A stretch of 64,000 nucleotides of DNA from the human T2T-CHM13v2.0 reference genome, Homo sapiens. The position numbers were made by a program, and so were the translations under genes. The notes under the pieces were generated by a model. It did no database searches. It was not told where the DNA came from and worked only from the letters and a program-made list of their open reading frames with translations. The stretch lies in the NCBI RefSeq assembly GCF_009914755.1, contig NC_060928.1, one strand, 5' to 3'. Positions 37,926 through 52,369 of the stretch are shown here, one piece after another (the stretch's first letter is position 1; each line of letters begins with the position of its first letter).

Positions 37926-40900
37926 TCATAAGCATTCTTGTTAACAAAGTTCAGCATTGACTCTCGTTTAAAATGTTAAGGTAATTTAATGTTGTCTTTT
38001 TAACTCAGCCTTATCATAATTCACTGGAATTATTTTTGAAAACAACATTTATAGATGAAAATCCATCTCACTTTAAATAGCTCACAAGACTATAGCTACA
38101 TCCTCGAGATGACTGAGTCCGAAGTCTACTCTGGAATTTTGAGTCTATGATGCAGACAATGGGTTGTACTAAGTTTTTTAGACATCCCGGACAAATCTCT
38201 GTCTCTGGGAGGCTTGACACTAAATACGAAATAAAAAATTCAGCTGTGTAAAAAAGATAACATCATTTTCTTATAAATGAAAATAAATTCCTATAGTGAT
38301 GTTATTTTACAGGGTAGTTAAAACTAGACTAATTCAGTGTTCTACTCCATTTCGCCTGGAGGTGTTTCACGTTCTTTCTTATTCCGTAGCATTGCTGAGA
38401 AGGTATCACCTGTGTGGATAACCATTAAGCTCCTCTAGCCTATTTCTCCTGGGCATCTTGCTGTCTCCTGGACTTTACCTGCAAAGAAAATACAGTTTTC
38501 CTCCATTCTAGAATTCCTATATCTCTTCTCTTGCCCTCTGGAGAATATCCTGTTTCCATCACCTTCATTTCCTCTGAACTATGCCACAGATGCAAGACCC
38601 TGCTCTCCCCAGGACCCACGCTGTCCACTCAGCTCTTTCTTCTTTCTTGATACTCTTCTTTTCTCTATCCTTCCAGGCAAGGGGAACTTTGTGTTGTTTT
38701 TTGATATTGGCAGTTTTGAGCAGAAAGTTGTTCTCCTTATCATAATGTAAAGTTGCCATTCATCATTCAAATTTATTCTCCTGAGATCTAGGCTTTTGAA
38801 TCTCGAAAGTTAAGAACTGTTGTTTTAGCTTTATCATCTTTCTGATGTGTCAACACTTTTATGAGTCAAAAACACAAAGAATGCCCTATAGACTGCCTAA
38901 ATAGAAAAAAATAAAACATACTGGCTAATCCATCAAAATATTATTCTGTTGCAGATATATGATGAATATACATATGTACATACATATATGTGCCTATGTA
39001 TGTAACCTTGCAAAATTCGGATGTTGTCTGCCAGTTCTAATGAAAACATAACCTGATTTAAATGTGTTGTTGAGTTTCTAAGGTTCTACTCTCACCAAGA
39101 AAGAGTAGTAAAATACTGCCAAATTTGTTTACAGATTGCAATCATTTAATAATGCAACCAATATGCCCTATTTCCAATTTCACTTTTGAGGCACTAAAGA
39201 AGATAATGTATTTTAAAATATCAAATTCAGTGACTCTGAGACAATATATCATTCTTAGAATGAAAAATATGTTTTTTCTCCCACATTCTCCCCCCCACCC
39301 AGGAATAGTAGAAACACGAAAAATACACACAGGTTTCATGAATCACTCCTGCTTAGTGCTGGTCACCACCATCACTTAATGGAGGGCATGGTGAATCCGC
39401 TGCGCCCCTAAAAGCTACTTTCCCAAATGGCAGAATTCTGTGAACTCTCCTACTGCTCTTGGTTTCTTTCAGAATTGTTCATTGCTGTAATCTTCTAAAT
39501 ATGCCATTACCTTGCAAATACAACTGTGCAGGAGGTCTGAAGAATATTCCCTCCCTCCAGCCACTGCTGTGGTAGGTAAAGCATGGCATATTCTAAATAC
39601 CAGAGCAGTCCAGGTATCCACTGAATATTCTATACGAGGAGAAATGGCAGCTTTTCCAGATGTTAAAAAATTAGTTTGTGGTGTTATACGTCAAGTGGCT
39701 GGCTCTTTTCTATGTATACACATCTAGTCATTTGCCAGTGGCACATCTTCAATGCCAATAGTATTGGACCACAGAGGATTCAGTATCAATGCATGCTTTT
39801 ACCAGAGCCAGCTCTTCCCCATTTGAATCTTCAAAAGAAGAAGCACTGTCTTCTCTCCATCTCAGGGCCTAATGCATTTTCTTTCTGCAAGACTCATCAC
39901 TTTCTAGAGTGACCAGTATTTTACCTATTTCCACAGGTAAAACAAAGAAAAAAATAACAGTCATAAAACTGTTATTATAGTTTATCTTATTGAAAAAGAC
40001 CAAATAGTTGAACCAATATGAATTAGGCCTAATTTTTCATAATTAGGTCTCAGAGTCAAGGCGTCATGAGAAGTATACCCTAACTCTAAAGACAAACTTG
40101 AGACAGAGGAACTGGTGAGAAAAGGGCCTTGCTGTTGATATCAGGAAAAATGAGAATTGGGTGCTGTGAGATGATTTGATTGTGGGGTTGTGTGTTGCTT
40201 TGAGACAAGATTTATCACACGGCATACACATTTGAACATCACCGATAATGGGCCTCATCCTAGTTAAGCTATAGTCTGAGAAGAATCACTAGCATCTAAG
40301 CCACCAGCCATATCTACTCCTGGAGAAAACCTTATGATAGGGGAACACTGGTTGATGCTATCAGCTCCTTTTTATTAATGCTGTGTACAACTAGTGGTCT
40401 CTGTTCTTTCCAGTATCTGACATGAGATCTCAATTTGATCAGCTTATGTGTGGACAAGGGAGGCTTATGATAAATTGTTTCTATTTGCCCTTAATTTCTT
40501 AGGCTATTCTATTAGATGGCAGAGATCTAATATTACTGGCTCTTTGTGGGACCATGCTGCCTCCTGTTGATCACAGTTTCATTTTCTGCAGACAAAATGC
40601 TAGCTAAACTTGGCCCAGTTTTATGTTCTCCTCATCTTGACTGTGTAAAGCTTCAGGAAATTTTCTTTTTAGACCTTACGTTTAATTTAATAAATAACAT
40701 GGAAATTGGCTGTTGTAAAAATATTTGGTGATTTTATTTTGATATGGCACATTTTGATTTATGGTATAATTAGGTATCAGTGAAACCTCAATAATTTTAT
40801 TAAAAATATTTAAGCAAGGCTATTTCAAATTTTGTGCATTTACTGATTTCATTTTGTAGAAGACAGTGATCACTTTTACCTTAAAAATTATTTCTAGAGA

Positions 40901-43344
40901 AATAATTCAATTTCTTTACTTTTCAAAGTCTTACATCTCTTGTCATCATGAAGGTGCATCCCATTATCAAAAGCTTTCCAGAATATTGAGTTTTTGTTAA
41001 TTTATAGAATAAACAAATTTATAACAACAATATGTAATGTTAATTCACTGTATTTAATTTGTAAAAATTACGCCTTAGTTCATTGTTCTTTAATAATTGT
41101 GTCTGCTGATGCAATATCATATATCACTATTAGGTGGATATAATGAAAATCAATAAATATGTGTTATTAATTGAAGAAATTTATAGAATATGTTGATATA
41201 TATACTTAGGCCAACTATACTGTAAACTCAAAGCACACTAATAGTATTTAATCCTAGTTTTTATATACTACATTAATTCTGTGTTATCATTTTATATATG
41301 TATTTTATGTAGTATATACTTAATATATTAATTTAATATATTAAGCTTTTAATAGCACTTCTGCTCCTAATAAAATAGTAAAATAAGAAGAATATTGTAA
41401 TAAATTTACTTATTCAGCAGATTTTATGATGTTATAATAAGGAAAAGAATGAAATATATTTCCTTAACAACTTCATAATAAATGCCAAGAACTGTATTAT
41501 GGAGCAAAAATATAACTTATTTGCCTTAATTCAAAGCCAACATTCTTTATGAAGTGAATTAGAAAGAAAGACTAAATTTTTGTCGGGATACTTCTTTCAT
41601 CATAGATAGAATGATAATTTCAGTAATCATTCAATATAAGTTTATTAAAATGCTCTGCCATAAAATAATCTTTATTCTGAATGGAATTAGCTGTCTTGTG
41701 AATCATGAAATATATACAAAACTAAGTTAATAAACACTCTGATTCTATCTAGACTACCAAATTCCCATTTAATATTTTCAAAATCATTGTATATTAAAGT
41801 GATCTTTTGATAGAATCAAAATGTTCCTCCACTTGACAGTGTCCTTAACACAATAAGTAAATCACTTTATATACTAGATTTGATACAACATTAAATGATT
41901 TGTAGTTGCATGGTGAGGAGAATGCAGTGGCTCCAGGCATAACGTAAGGAACATGGAGATTGTATGCTTCCACTGAATTTCTAATCTATAAGTTTACTTT
42001 TTCTATTTAAAGTTTTTTTAACCAGAAGATAAATTATTGGACATTTTGAATGTTCCCAGTAATTGAACTTAAATTGAATACAGAAAAACAATATTCAGAA
42101 ATATTATACACATCAGTTTTAATTATCTACCAAATAATAATGTTAATTTAGAAAATACCGTGATAAAAACAGAACCTGTCCTAGTTTACTTACAAAATAT
42201 TAAAGTATTTTTATTAAAAATTCTTATAAAGGTAACTAAACCTTTAACCTCAGACTGGAAAAGTATTTTCTCTGCTATTAAATAAGGAGTGCAAAATAAG
42301 TTTCATTTTTTTATCTTTGTATTAGATACTGTCCAGTTACACTGACTTCATGGAAGGAATGGAGAAAATCCATAGCCAAAAAAAAAAAAACCTCAAAAAA
42401 CAAAAACAAAACACACACATACACATGAAACTTGATGTTATGTAGCCCCTTTTCACTTTGATTATTCTTGTAATAAAGAAGATATTAGATTCTAAAAGCA
42501 AAAATTAATTTAAAAAATTAATAAAACCCCTCCTCATACTTTCAGAGAAAGAAAATTGTTTTCAAAGCAGGCAGTCTGTGAGGTCTTGTATGTTTTTATT
42601 GCGCCAAATAGATGGCTTCACCCTTTTCAAGATTTTAGTGAACCTTTGCTGACAGGAGCTCTTAGTTGTTGTCATTCCCCGCCCCTCGTTCCCAAATATC
42701 TAGACTGTAAAATTTGATTCCAGCCTGTCAACCATTAAGCAGCAATAATTATTTCTGAAGTAGTGAAGGTGAAGTGTGACAGCCATTTCATATCGACGAC
42801 CTTTTCCAAGCTTCATAAAACTTTCAGGTTTCTTTTTCTTTCTCTATCTCTTATGCAACAGCCAAAGAGAAAAGAAAGCTAAGGAAAACAGAACCTAGTT
42901 TTTCTTATGTGCTGCATGTTTTTGTTTGTTTGCACCAAACTATCCTTTTAAAACTAGACTTGGTAATAATAAGCAAAAACTGAAACACAATTTATAGTTT
43001 CCCAGGCTCTTTAAACATGATTGTGATACGTGGTCGCCCTTAATAAGAGCACTGGTCTTAGTTTATTTAAAACAACAACCACAAAACCTGTAGTTTAGTT
43101 TGCAGAATAATTATTGAAGATAAATTTCACGGATTGTGGAGAGCATCATATTACTGCTGCCGTGTGGCCTTAACTTCTATTATATAATTGGTTAACCATG
43201 GAAGGTACATTTGTTGACATTATTTAGAGAGATGTTATTAATTCAGTTAAACTGGTAAAAAAAATTCTGCTCTTTAAGAGTTTTTAGTTAGAAATAACAC
43301 TGCAAATTTTTATTATTTTCTTTAAAGACATACTTTGTATTATT

Positions 43345-43545
43345 AGACCAGTATTTCTAAAAGTAGATAAACAGACTTTAGAATGGCTTGAACTGATGTT
43401 AAAAATGCACATTCCTGAGTTCAGTCTTCCAAATCAGAAAGTGGGAGGCCAAGAGGACTACAGCATTTACATTTTGATAAGACTTAATATCTCCATCCCT
43501 TATTGTGATGCTAATGTACACTAAAGTTTGGAAACTATTGATTTA
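43345..43545. mobile_element. MER5-like hAT MITE
   Basis: cagtatttctaaaagt...gttaaaaatgcacattcctg...ctaaagtttggaaactattg. Confidence 0.6.
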
Positions 43546-43715
43546 GACATAACTCAGAAGCCATGTTTTAATAGTCTTAGGAAAAACAAGCCATGTTAGA
43601 TCAATTTCTTTTCCTTTTAAATTGAAATAATAAGCTTTGTAAAAGGGGGTAAGATGGTTTTAATTTTTATTGTATAAGTTTAGAAAAATGTATCCTGGAA
43701 ACATGAAGAATGGAT

Positions 43716-44070
43716 TGCTATGGTCTGAATGTTTGTGTCTCCCCAAAATTCATATGTTGAACCCCCAACCCCCAAGGTGATGTATTAGCCTTTTGGAAGG
43801 TGATTAAGTCAAGGGAGTGTGGTCTCATAAATGGGATTTATACCCTTACAGAAAAGGCTCCAGTGAGCTCCTTTGCTTCTTCCACCATGTGAGGATTCAG
43901 CAAGAGGATGCCATCTATAAATCAGGAAATGGGCCATCACCGTATACCAAATATGCTGGCACCTTGATCTTGTGCTTTCAGCTACCAGAACTGTGAGCAA
44001 TAAATTTCTGTTTTTGATATACTCCCCAGTTTATGATATTTCGTTATATCAGTCCAAAGGGACTAAGACA
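43716..44070 (+). mobile_element. MLT1A-type solo LTR
   Basis: tgctatggtctgaatgtttgtgtc...gactaagaca; perfect TSD TGGAT. Confidence 0.93.
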
Positions 44071-44311
44071 TGGATCCTACCTGTGGAATCTACGTGATCA
44101 TTCCAACTGTATAATTTGCTTTTGTGTTCCCACTAGAAAGACATAGTGCTTAGAGTGTACCTGGAATATTGATACACAATTTGCAAAGGAGGGATCAGCA
44201 TGCATAGTTCTTTATAGGCCGTGGTGTGAACTGAGGTTTTTCTTCCGTATAAGATGAGAAGCCATAAGAGTGTTTTAAACAGAAGAGTGGAGTACAATTT
44301 ACTTGTGCTTT

Positions 44312-45878
44312 AGAAATTCACACAGAACAAAAAAGAGCCCAACAGCCCAAATAGCCATAGCAATCCTAAGCAAAAAGAGCAAAGCCAAAGGTATCACACT
44401 CCCTGATTTCAAACTGTAGTACAAGTCCAATGTAACTCATACAAAAATAGACACATACACCAATGGAACAGGTTAGAAAGTCCAGAAATAAAGTTATACG
44501 CCTACAACCATCTGATCTTCAACAAAGTTGACAATAAAGAGCAATGGGGGAAAGGACTCTCTGTTTAATAAATGGTACTGGGAAAACAGGCTAGCCATAT
44601 GCAGAAGATTGAAGCTGGACCCCTTCCTTACACCAGACACAAAAATCAACAGAAGATGGATTAAAGACTTAAATGTAAGAACTAAAACTATAAAAACACT
44701 AAAAGAAAACCTAGAACATATCATACTGGACATAGGCCTTGGCAAAGATTTCATGACAAAGTCTCTAAAAGCAATTGAAACAGGAACAAATATTGACAAA
44801 GTGGACCTTATTAAACTAAAGAACTTCTGCGCACCAAAAGAAACTATCAAGAGAGTAAACAGACAACCTACAGAATGAGAGAAAATATTTGCAAACTATA
44901 CATATGACAAAGGTCTACTATCCAGAATCTATAAAGAATGTAAAATATGTAAAATCAACAAGCAAAAATCAAACAACCCCATTAAAAGATGGGCAAAGGA
45001 AATGAACAGACACTTCTGAAAAGAAGACAAACACATGGCCAACAAGCATATGACAAAAGACATCACTAATTACTAGGAAAACGCAAATCAAATCGTGAGA
45101 TATCATCTCATACCAGTCAGGATGGATATTAATAAAAGTCATAAAATAACATGTTGATGAGAAAAGAAACATGTCAGGGAGAAAAGAAACACTTATACAC
45201 TCCTGGTGGAAACTTACACTAATGTAAATTTGTTCACACTGTTGGTGAACTAATTTATATTAGTTCATCCACTGTGAAAAGTAGTATAGCAATTTCTCAA
45301 AGAAGTTAAAACAACTACCATTCAACCCAGCCATCCCATTACTGGGTATATACCCAAGTAATATAAATTGTTCTACCAAAAGACACATGTGCTTATATGT
45401 TCATCACAGTATTAGTCACAATAGCAAAGAGATAGAATCAACCAAGATGCCCATCAGCAGTGGCCTGGATAAAGAAAATGTGGTACATAAATACCATGGA
45501 ATACTCTGCAGCCAAAAAGGGAAAACAATGTCCTTTGCAGCAACATGGAGGCAGCTGGAATCCATTATCCTAAGTGAATTAACAAAGACAACAACAGAAA
45601 ATCAAATGCCATATGTTCTCAATTATAAGTGGGAAGTAAACATTGAGTACGTATGGACACAAAGAGGAGAACAATGGACAGAGATGCCTACTTGAGGGGG
45701 GAAGGTGAAAGGAGGGTAAGGGTTGAAAAACTACTTCTCAGGTACTATGCTTAGTACCTGGGTGGGTGATGAAATTATTTGTACACCAAACCCCAGTGAC
45801 AATGAAAATTACCCATGTAATAAACCTGCATGTGTACCTCCTGAAATGAAAATAAAAATTGGAGAAGAAAAATAAAAA
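44312..45878 (+). mobile_element. L1PA (PA15/16-like) 3' fragment, inserted in an L2
   Basis: ORF2 C-terminal peptide [28 protein letters not shown]...; L1 3' UTR and A tail; L2 sequence on both flanks. Confidence 0.93.
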
Positions 45879-46145
45879 GACCATTTTGTATTGAGTGGAG
45901 AATAGATTGTGTTTGGTAAGAATGCAGGCAGGAACAGCTAATACAACAGACCAGGTCAGACGTTGTAATGATTTGACTAGTGTGGAAGTGCCTAGTTGCT
46001 GAAAAGAAGGAGGATCCTGAATGTATTTCAAAGATTCAGCTGACAGGATTAGATTTAGAATGTAAAAGGAAATGTGACAAATAAAGGAAAATTACAACAT
46101 TTTTGGCATGTGCAACCAAACAAACAGGATTTACTAAGATGTGGA

Positions 46146-46505
46146 GTTGTTAGTCTGTTCTCACTCTGCTAATAAAGACATACCCAGGTTATAAAGAAAA
46201 ATAGGTGAAATGGACTCACAGTTCCACATGGCTGGGGAGGCCTCACAATCATGGCAGAAGGTGAAGGAGGAGCAAAGGCACATCTTACATGGTGGCAGGC
46301 AAGAGAAGTGCCAAGCAGAAAGGGGGAAAGTTCCTTATAAAACCATCAGATCTCCTGAGAACTTACTGACTGTCATAATAACAGGATGGGGGAAACTGCC
46401 TCCATGATTTAGTTATCTCCACCTGGTCCCTCCCATGACATGTGGGGATTATGAGAACTACAATTCAAGATGAGATTTGGGTGGGGACACAGCCAAACCA
46501 TATTA
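46146..46505 (-). mobile_element. THE1C-like solo LTR
   Basis: ttagtctgttctcactctgctaataaagacatacc...gggacacagccaaaccatatta. Confidence 0.9.
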
Positions 46506-46614
46506 GGAACCTTGTATATTAGGGAGTTTGGAGAACTCTGTTTTTGGGATGGAAAAATAGGAGATTCTAGGGTTCTGTTTTAGACATGCTAAATTTGGAG
46601 TCTTCATCACCAGA

Positions 46615-46920
46615 TCATGGCCCGCAAACTATTATCCATGAGCCAAATATGGCTTATTGATTGTCTTTGTAGGACCCACAGGCTAAGAATGGTGTTCACG
46701 TTTTTAAATAGTTGAAAAATAAATAATATTTTGTGACATGCATAATTTACTTGAAATTAAAATTCCTACATGCATAAACAGTCACACTCATTTGGTTGTA
46801 TTGTATCTGTGGCTGCTCTTGTATTACAGAGGCAGAGCTGAGTTGTGCAACAGTGACCATATATTTCACAGAATTGAAATTGTTTAGCTGACCTTTTATG
46901 GAAAAATTTCCTGAGCCCTT
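46615..46920. mobile_element. MER58B-like hAT-Charlie MITE
   Basis: gcaaact...gagccaaat...ggctaagaatggtgttcacgtttttaaatagttg...ggcagagctgagttg. Confidence 0.8.
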
Positions 46921-49229
46921 ATTTTGATGGTCTACCACAAACAACATGCTAGCTTGAACTGTAGGAAAGTTAGGCGGCAGCTTCTGCATTACTCTAATCA
47001 ATAAATGGCCCAATTTTTGCTCATGTAAAGACCTTAGTCATGAGAAGATTTAACATGCATGTGACTTTTCATGTGAACTTCAGTGCCATAACCAACAGTA
47101 AATTACTTGTGGCAAGTATTAATCAACTTCTATCTGGCCAAGAGAGGAGATGCCACTTCATAAAGACATCTTTTGAATTCCCCAAAGTGGATCACGTGGC
47201 TTCTGGTTTATTTTACCCAAGCAGGAGCTTTCCTAGTCAGGAATGACCACAGTTTCACACACCGCTTGATGTATCTGTTATGCTGTGCATCTCTAAGGTT
47301 AGGTGGAATCATAGGAGTATATTATAGGAAGGTTTTTCCACTATCTTGAGACATGCCAAGGACAAAGGAAAAAAATCAATACTTTATTTCTATTAAATTA
47401 TACATTCAACTTCCTATAACCTCTAACTACAGTGAAGGAACTGAGTCCTCTACTTTTAGAAAACAGTCATGATATTGCTATTATTAAAACAAAAAACCTT
47501 CTATTGCTCTAACTAAATAAGGTTGATAATTTAGAAAATTGAGAGATAATCTGCATTTGATGAGAGCTGAGCTCAAGTTGTATGTGTACATGTAGGAGGG
47601 TCAGTATTCAAGGCCACAGATAAATGCACCAATGTCTGATTTTCACTGAATTTATTATAACACTATTTTTAGATATTCACTAGTTTTATATATACAGAAT
47701 TGCTTTATTATACATACATGAAAAACTTTAAAATATGTTCAATATGTGAAAAGACATTTACTTTAAAACCTTTATACCTAGTGGAGCTTTTTCCCTTTCT
47801 ATAAAAAGAGACATATGGGAGGAGAAATCATCAAATCCCTAGCAGGAAGTTAATACCCGCTGAGCTCCTCTGACAGAGGCAAGACTCCTCTAAAGCCTTA
47901 TAAGTATGTGAGATCCAGTCTTCATAAAAATGAGTCAGGGTTTGCTCTGTGACAGGTAAAATCTTCCATTTCTGAAGTTATTTTTAACTTTAGAACATAA
48001 TTTCTGTGAATTTTGTGCTATTAAACCTTCTTCCTACTATTTAAGCATGTAAGATTTTTTGAAAGGATCTAGTATACTATTTGCCTTTTGAATATTTGAT
48101 GACATGCTGTATGGGAAAAATACACAAACATCCATCACCATTTTTTTTATTTTACTTTCATCTTGGCAGTATTACATATGATTGGATAACATCAAATGTA
48201 TGTATGCATATCAATGGTCATAGGCTGTGCAATACAAGGAGAGAACTTCCAAATCTCAATGATTTAGAGCATAGGCAGATTTTGTTATTATCATTTCCTT
48301 ATAACATTGTGTGGTTCACATCATTATTTTATCATCATCATCAAAAGCCTCATCATTAATCTATTATTCACTAAGCCACCATATGGACATAAAAATGCCA
48401 GTTATCATACAAATTAATATTTTCATCTTTCCTTACTTATTTCAATAATTTGTTAGCTTTTAATTTTGATAGAAGCAAAATGCTAAGACCACTTTAGAGT
48501 TGATAATTCCACCAGTAACATCTGATAATTAGGTTGACTTATGTCAGAAAAGTCAGGAGTTTCACTAACGAAATAGAATGCCACATAAAAATTCAGTAAA
48601 TTTTAGAGCCTGTCTGTACAGGTGATTGGATTGTTAATTTTACAGGTCACTTGCTGGAGCATGAATAGCATGCAATTGGTATGTTTCTCAGAGCTAGATT
48701 ATTATGAGAGTGAAAAAAGCCTATTAAGTCTAATAAAAGCCTTCATTTTCTTTATTTTTGTAGCATTTCAGAAACTTTTGATCAATTATTTACATGACCT
48801 GTAATAAAATTTTCAAAATGCTGCAAGCATTCCAGTTTAGCATTAATTTTCAAATTGCTTTGGTTTTATCTATTTCTTAACTTGTGAAGGGATTTCTAGA
48901 AGGCAGAATGGAACATAGTAAATCTTTTTTTAAATAAAATTGTTCAAATAGTTGGAGTAGGGCTCCCTGCTGGATGAGTGCTGAGCTTACCATTCATCTA
49001 GGTGTGGTTAGTACATCTCCTTACCAGTATCTATTTGCAATCTGCTGATTTATACTGCTGTCCAGGGGATTCCTCGGGAAAATTATGTGGTCTGTCCACA
49101 ATTACAGTTTGAACGGACCAAAGTTTTAAGGGGATGGAGGGATTCATAGTGGTCAAGGAAGCAAAGAAATTCCATGTACAGGGGCTGACTGCAGCAAAGA
49201 GAAGAAGGAATTCAATGCGACAAATTGGA

Positions 49230-49850
49230 ACTGTTGGTGAGAAGGTAAATTTGTACAAACTCTATGGAAAACAGTATGGAAATTTCTCAAAGGACTAAAA
49301 ATAGAATTACCATTCAATCCAGCTATTGCACTACTGGGTATCTACCCAGAGGAAAAGTAATTAATATATTAAAAAGGTACCCATACTCGTATGTTTATTG
49401 CAGCACTATTTACAGTAGCAGATACATAGAATCTGCTAATGGACCTAACTGCCCATCAATAGATGAGTGGATTAAGAAATGTGCCATGTATACACAATGA
49501 AATACTATTCAGCCATAGAAAAGAATGAAATGTTTTTTGCAGCAACGTGGATGGAACTGGAGGCCATTATCTTAAGTAAAACAAGTCAGACACAGAAAAA
49601 CAAATATCACATTTTCTCACTCATATAGTGCAAGCAAAATAATGTACACACATGGATGTAAAGAGTGGAATGATAAACAATGGAGACTTGAAAGGGTGAG
49701 GTGGTGGAAGGAAGGTGGATAATAATAAATTACTTAATGGGTACAATGTGCATTATTTGTGTGACGGACACCCTAAAAGTCCAGACTTCACTACCATGCA
49801 ATCTATTCATCTAACAAAATTGCACTTGTACCCTGTAAATTTATACAAAT
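49230..49850 (+). mobile_element. L1PB-like 3' fragment
   Basis: tatggaaaacagtatggaaatttctcaa...ggatggaactggaggccattatc...ttgcacttgtaccctgtaaatttatacaaat. Confidence 0.9.
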
Positions 49851-51170
49851 TTAATTAATTAATTTAATTATATCAAGACAATCATTTTAAGAAAATGGTG
49901 TTTCTGGGTTTGGAGTAATAGCTGCTGCTTAACACATTCAGTATATTCTAGGGAATATAGATTATTTGGGAGAGGATGTAGTGTAGATGTGTGGTTCATG
50001 AAAACTGTGAATAATTCCAGGACACAAACATTAACTCTATTACACTATAGAGGTGAAGCAGCCCTACTGTGGCATCTCCTTAATTGCAAAACATGGAGAG
50101 AGAATTTTCTCCTTCTGACTTGGCTGAGTTGTCTCATCACTCTGCATTTTGCACACCTCCATGGTTGGGCAATTATCAGAATTGAGTCTTAAGATGATCA
50201 GTGTCCTGAGTGAATACTGGAACAAAGAAACCAGGGACTTGGTGAGGACAGGTCCAATACTATGTAAAATCGCCAGGAATATTTGGAGATGAGGAAAACT
50301 TTGAAGCCTGCTTGAGCGAATGGGAAGTATAGTGCTAATAATTCAGGTATTTGGTTTGTTGCAATCTTATTTTAATACCTAAATACTGGGAAACTTGTGT
50401 GGTTTTGTTTGATGGTAAACTCAAGACTGCAAAAATCTATGATCAATTTAGTCTTAGCCATGAATTCTTATTCTTCTGCAAAAATTCTGTTGTTATTGTT
50501 CACAAAGATGAATATCCTTTCAAACTGATCCTTCTATGAAATTGCTTAATCTTTAAAATTCAGTAGGAAAACTTATAACAGTTGGAATACTAGAAAACTT
50601 CTTTTTTATTGGTAACGAAGTTCAAAAGGCAACTTCCTAGTGGAAATATGGAGGGACTTGAAAGATTATTCTTACTAGTTAATTTCAAATATTCTCTAAG
50701 ATTCTTTCATAATGTCTCAGTTTTAAAAAGCTGAAACACATGTCAGATGAATTATTACATATTTTAAAATGCAATTGAAAGATGGGAAAGGATTATGGCA
50801 AAGTATTTAAATAGTTTAAAATCTACAATGCTTAACAATATGCAAGCCAGAATCTTAAGATAAGTTCATCTATGACAGTTACTTGTTGACTTGCTTACAT
50901 TCAACAATTTTCTACTCTTGATTATAAATACCATACATTTTTTCTAAACTTCCTGAGTTATTTCACACTTCTTCATTAATTGATGTCAAATTCTGCTTTA
51001 ACAAGAACAGAGATGGTTAGACATGCATTTTTTTATTTAAAAGTGGTAGATAATGATTATAAAGGCCATTTTCCGACAGCTATTTTTTATAAAAAATTTA
51101 TTAAATGATTAAAATTTGTTACATCATTTTATATAACAAACTTTAATCATATAATCACTTTTAATCTCCC

Positions 51171-51403
51171 TGTGTGTGTGTGTGTGTGTGTGTAATTCAA
51201 GACTATATATATAAACTAGATATATGTAACTGTATATATGTATATATAACTTATATATAGTCTTAAAATATACACACATATATACATATAGGTATATACA
51301 TACATATACACACATATATGTATATATGTGTGTATATTTATATTTATATATAGTGTATATAACTGTATATATAACTATATATACACACACACACGTGTGT
51401 GTG
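51171..51403. repeat. Compound (TG)n/(TA)n/(CA)n low-complexity tract
   Basis: Alternating purine-pyrimidine runs ending in the palindrome acacacacgtgtgtgt. Confidence 0.9.
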
Positions 51404-51852
51404 TAATTTTTTGGTGGGGATAAATTAATTTTTTTCTGAAATTTGTTGGAAAATGTCTAGCTGATAAGAAACATTAAAGATAAAAAAGATTGCATGCAAA
51501 AATACCACAAAAGAACAACTTTAGAAAACATGATTGCTTTATCTGTAGGGATCTGATAATATGATGTTATATATATGCTGAACGATATCTCAAACATGAT
51601 TCAACAAATGTGTATACAGTTTTAAGAATAATGTAAAGGCAAGGAAAACATTTAAAAAAACCTAACTTTTGATAAACACAATGGAAAATACACTTACTTT
51701 AAATATAAGTAAATCAAAAGAGAAAGCAAAGCAACAAAGTTCCTTCCTCATTATACAGGAAAGGAAAATCAGATAGTTTGTAATATACCAGATTCATTAA
51801 AGCAAATTCTACCTGTAAAACACATACTAGCAATGAGAGGCATTAGAGACAT

Positions 51853-52010
51853 TTAAGTAATTAAAGAACAAGTGAGAAAATCTTTAAGTGGACAAGCTAG
51901 GTGAAAATCTGAGATTTCTGATGGAATTTCATCATTATCTTTCTGCCTGAAAGAATGAGTTTTGAGAGAAAACTTAGTATCAGGGCTGCAATTCAGTTAG
52001 TGATGCTCCA
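51853..52010 (+). repeat. Copy 1 of ~150-bp dispersed direct duplication
   Basis: Shares the 29-nt exact core aacaagtgagaaaatctttaagtggacaa and atcagggctgcaa with 53211-53368. Confidence 0.88.
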
Positions 52011-52369
52011 CTGGTTTACCCAGATGTCAATTTTTCCCAGTGAAGTAAGACGAGTTTCAGTATCAACTTCAAATTTGATCTATGGTAGATATGTTTAGAA
52101 AATCAGAAACACTCCTGACTTAGCAAGCTCAATAAGCTTTTAACATCAAAATAATGAAATCCAATGACTCAAATTGACCAACCTTTCTATCATTTGCATT
52201 TTCCTTTGAGTTTACATTTGTTTTAATTATTCCATGTTTCACTTCTTTGCAAAAACATTTGATAGCTCTAGTAAATTGTCTTCTTTTATTAAGTGTCATT
52301 GTCAAATCCAAATAAATGATTGTGGCTTACTCTATTAAAGAGATGGCTTTCCCAGCCCCTAGATAATGT

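Noticed and set aside
38565-38759. Minus-strand ATG ORF MATLHYDKENN... (64 aa)
   Set aside because: Short, no recognisable homology, and partly produced by a purine-rich low-complexity tract.
40064-40258. CMPCDKSC resembling a furin-like Cys repeat
   Set aside because: The remaining cysteines of the repeat are absent and there is no convincing splice donor.
44528-44878. 116-aa ORF with clear protein-like sequence
   Set aside because: It is the L1 ORF2 C-terminal remnant of a truncated element, not a host gene.
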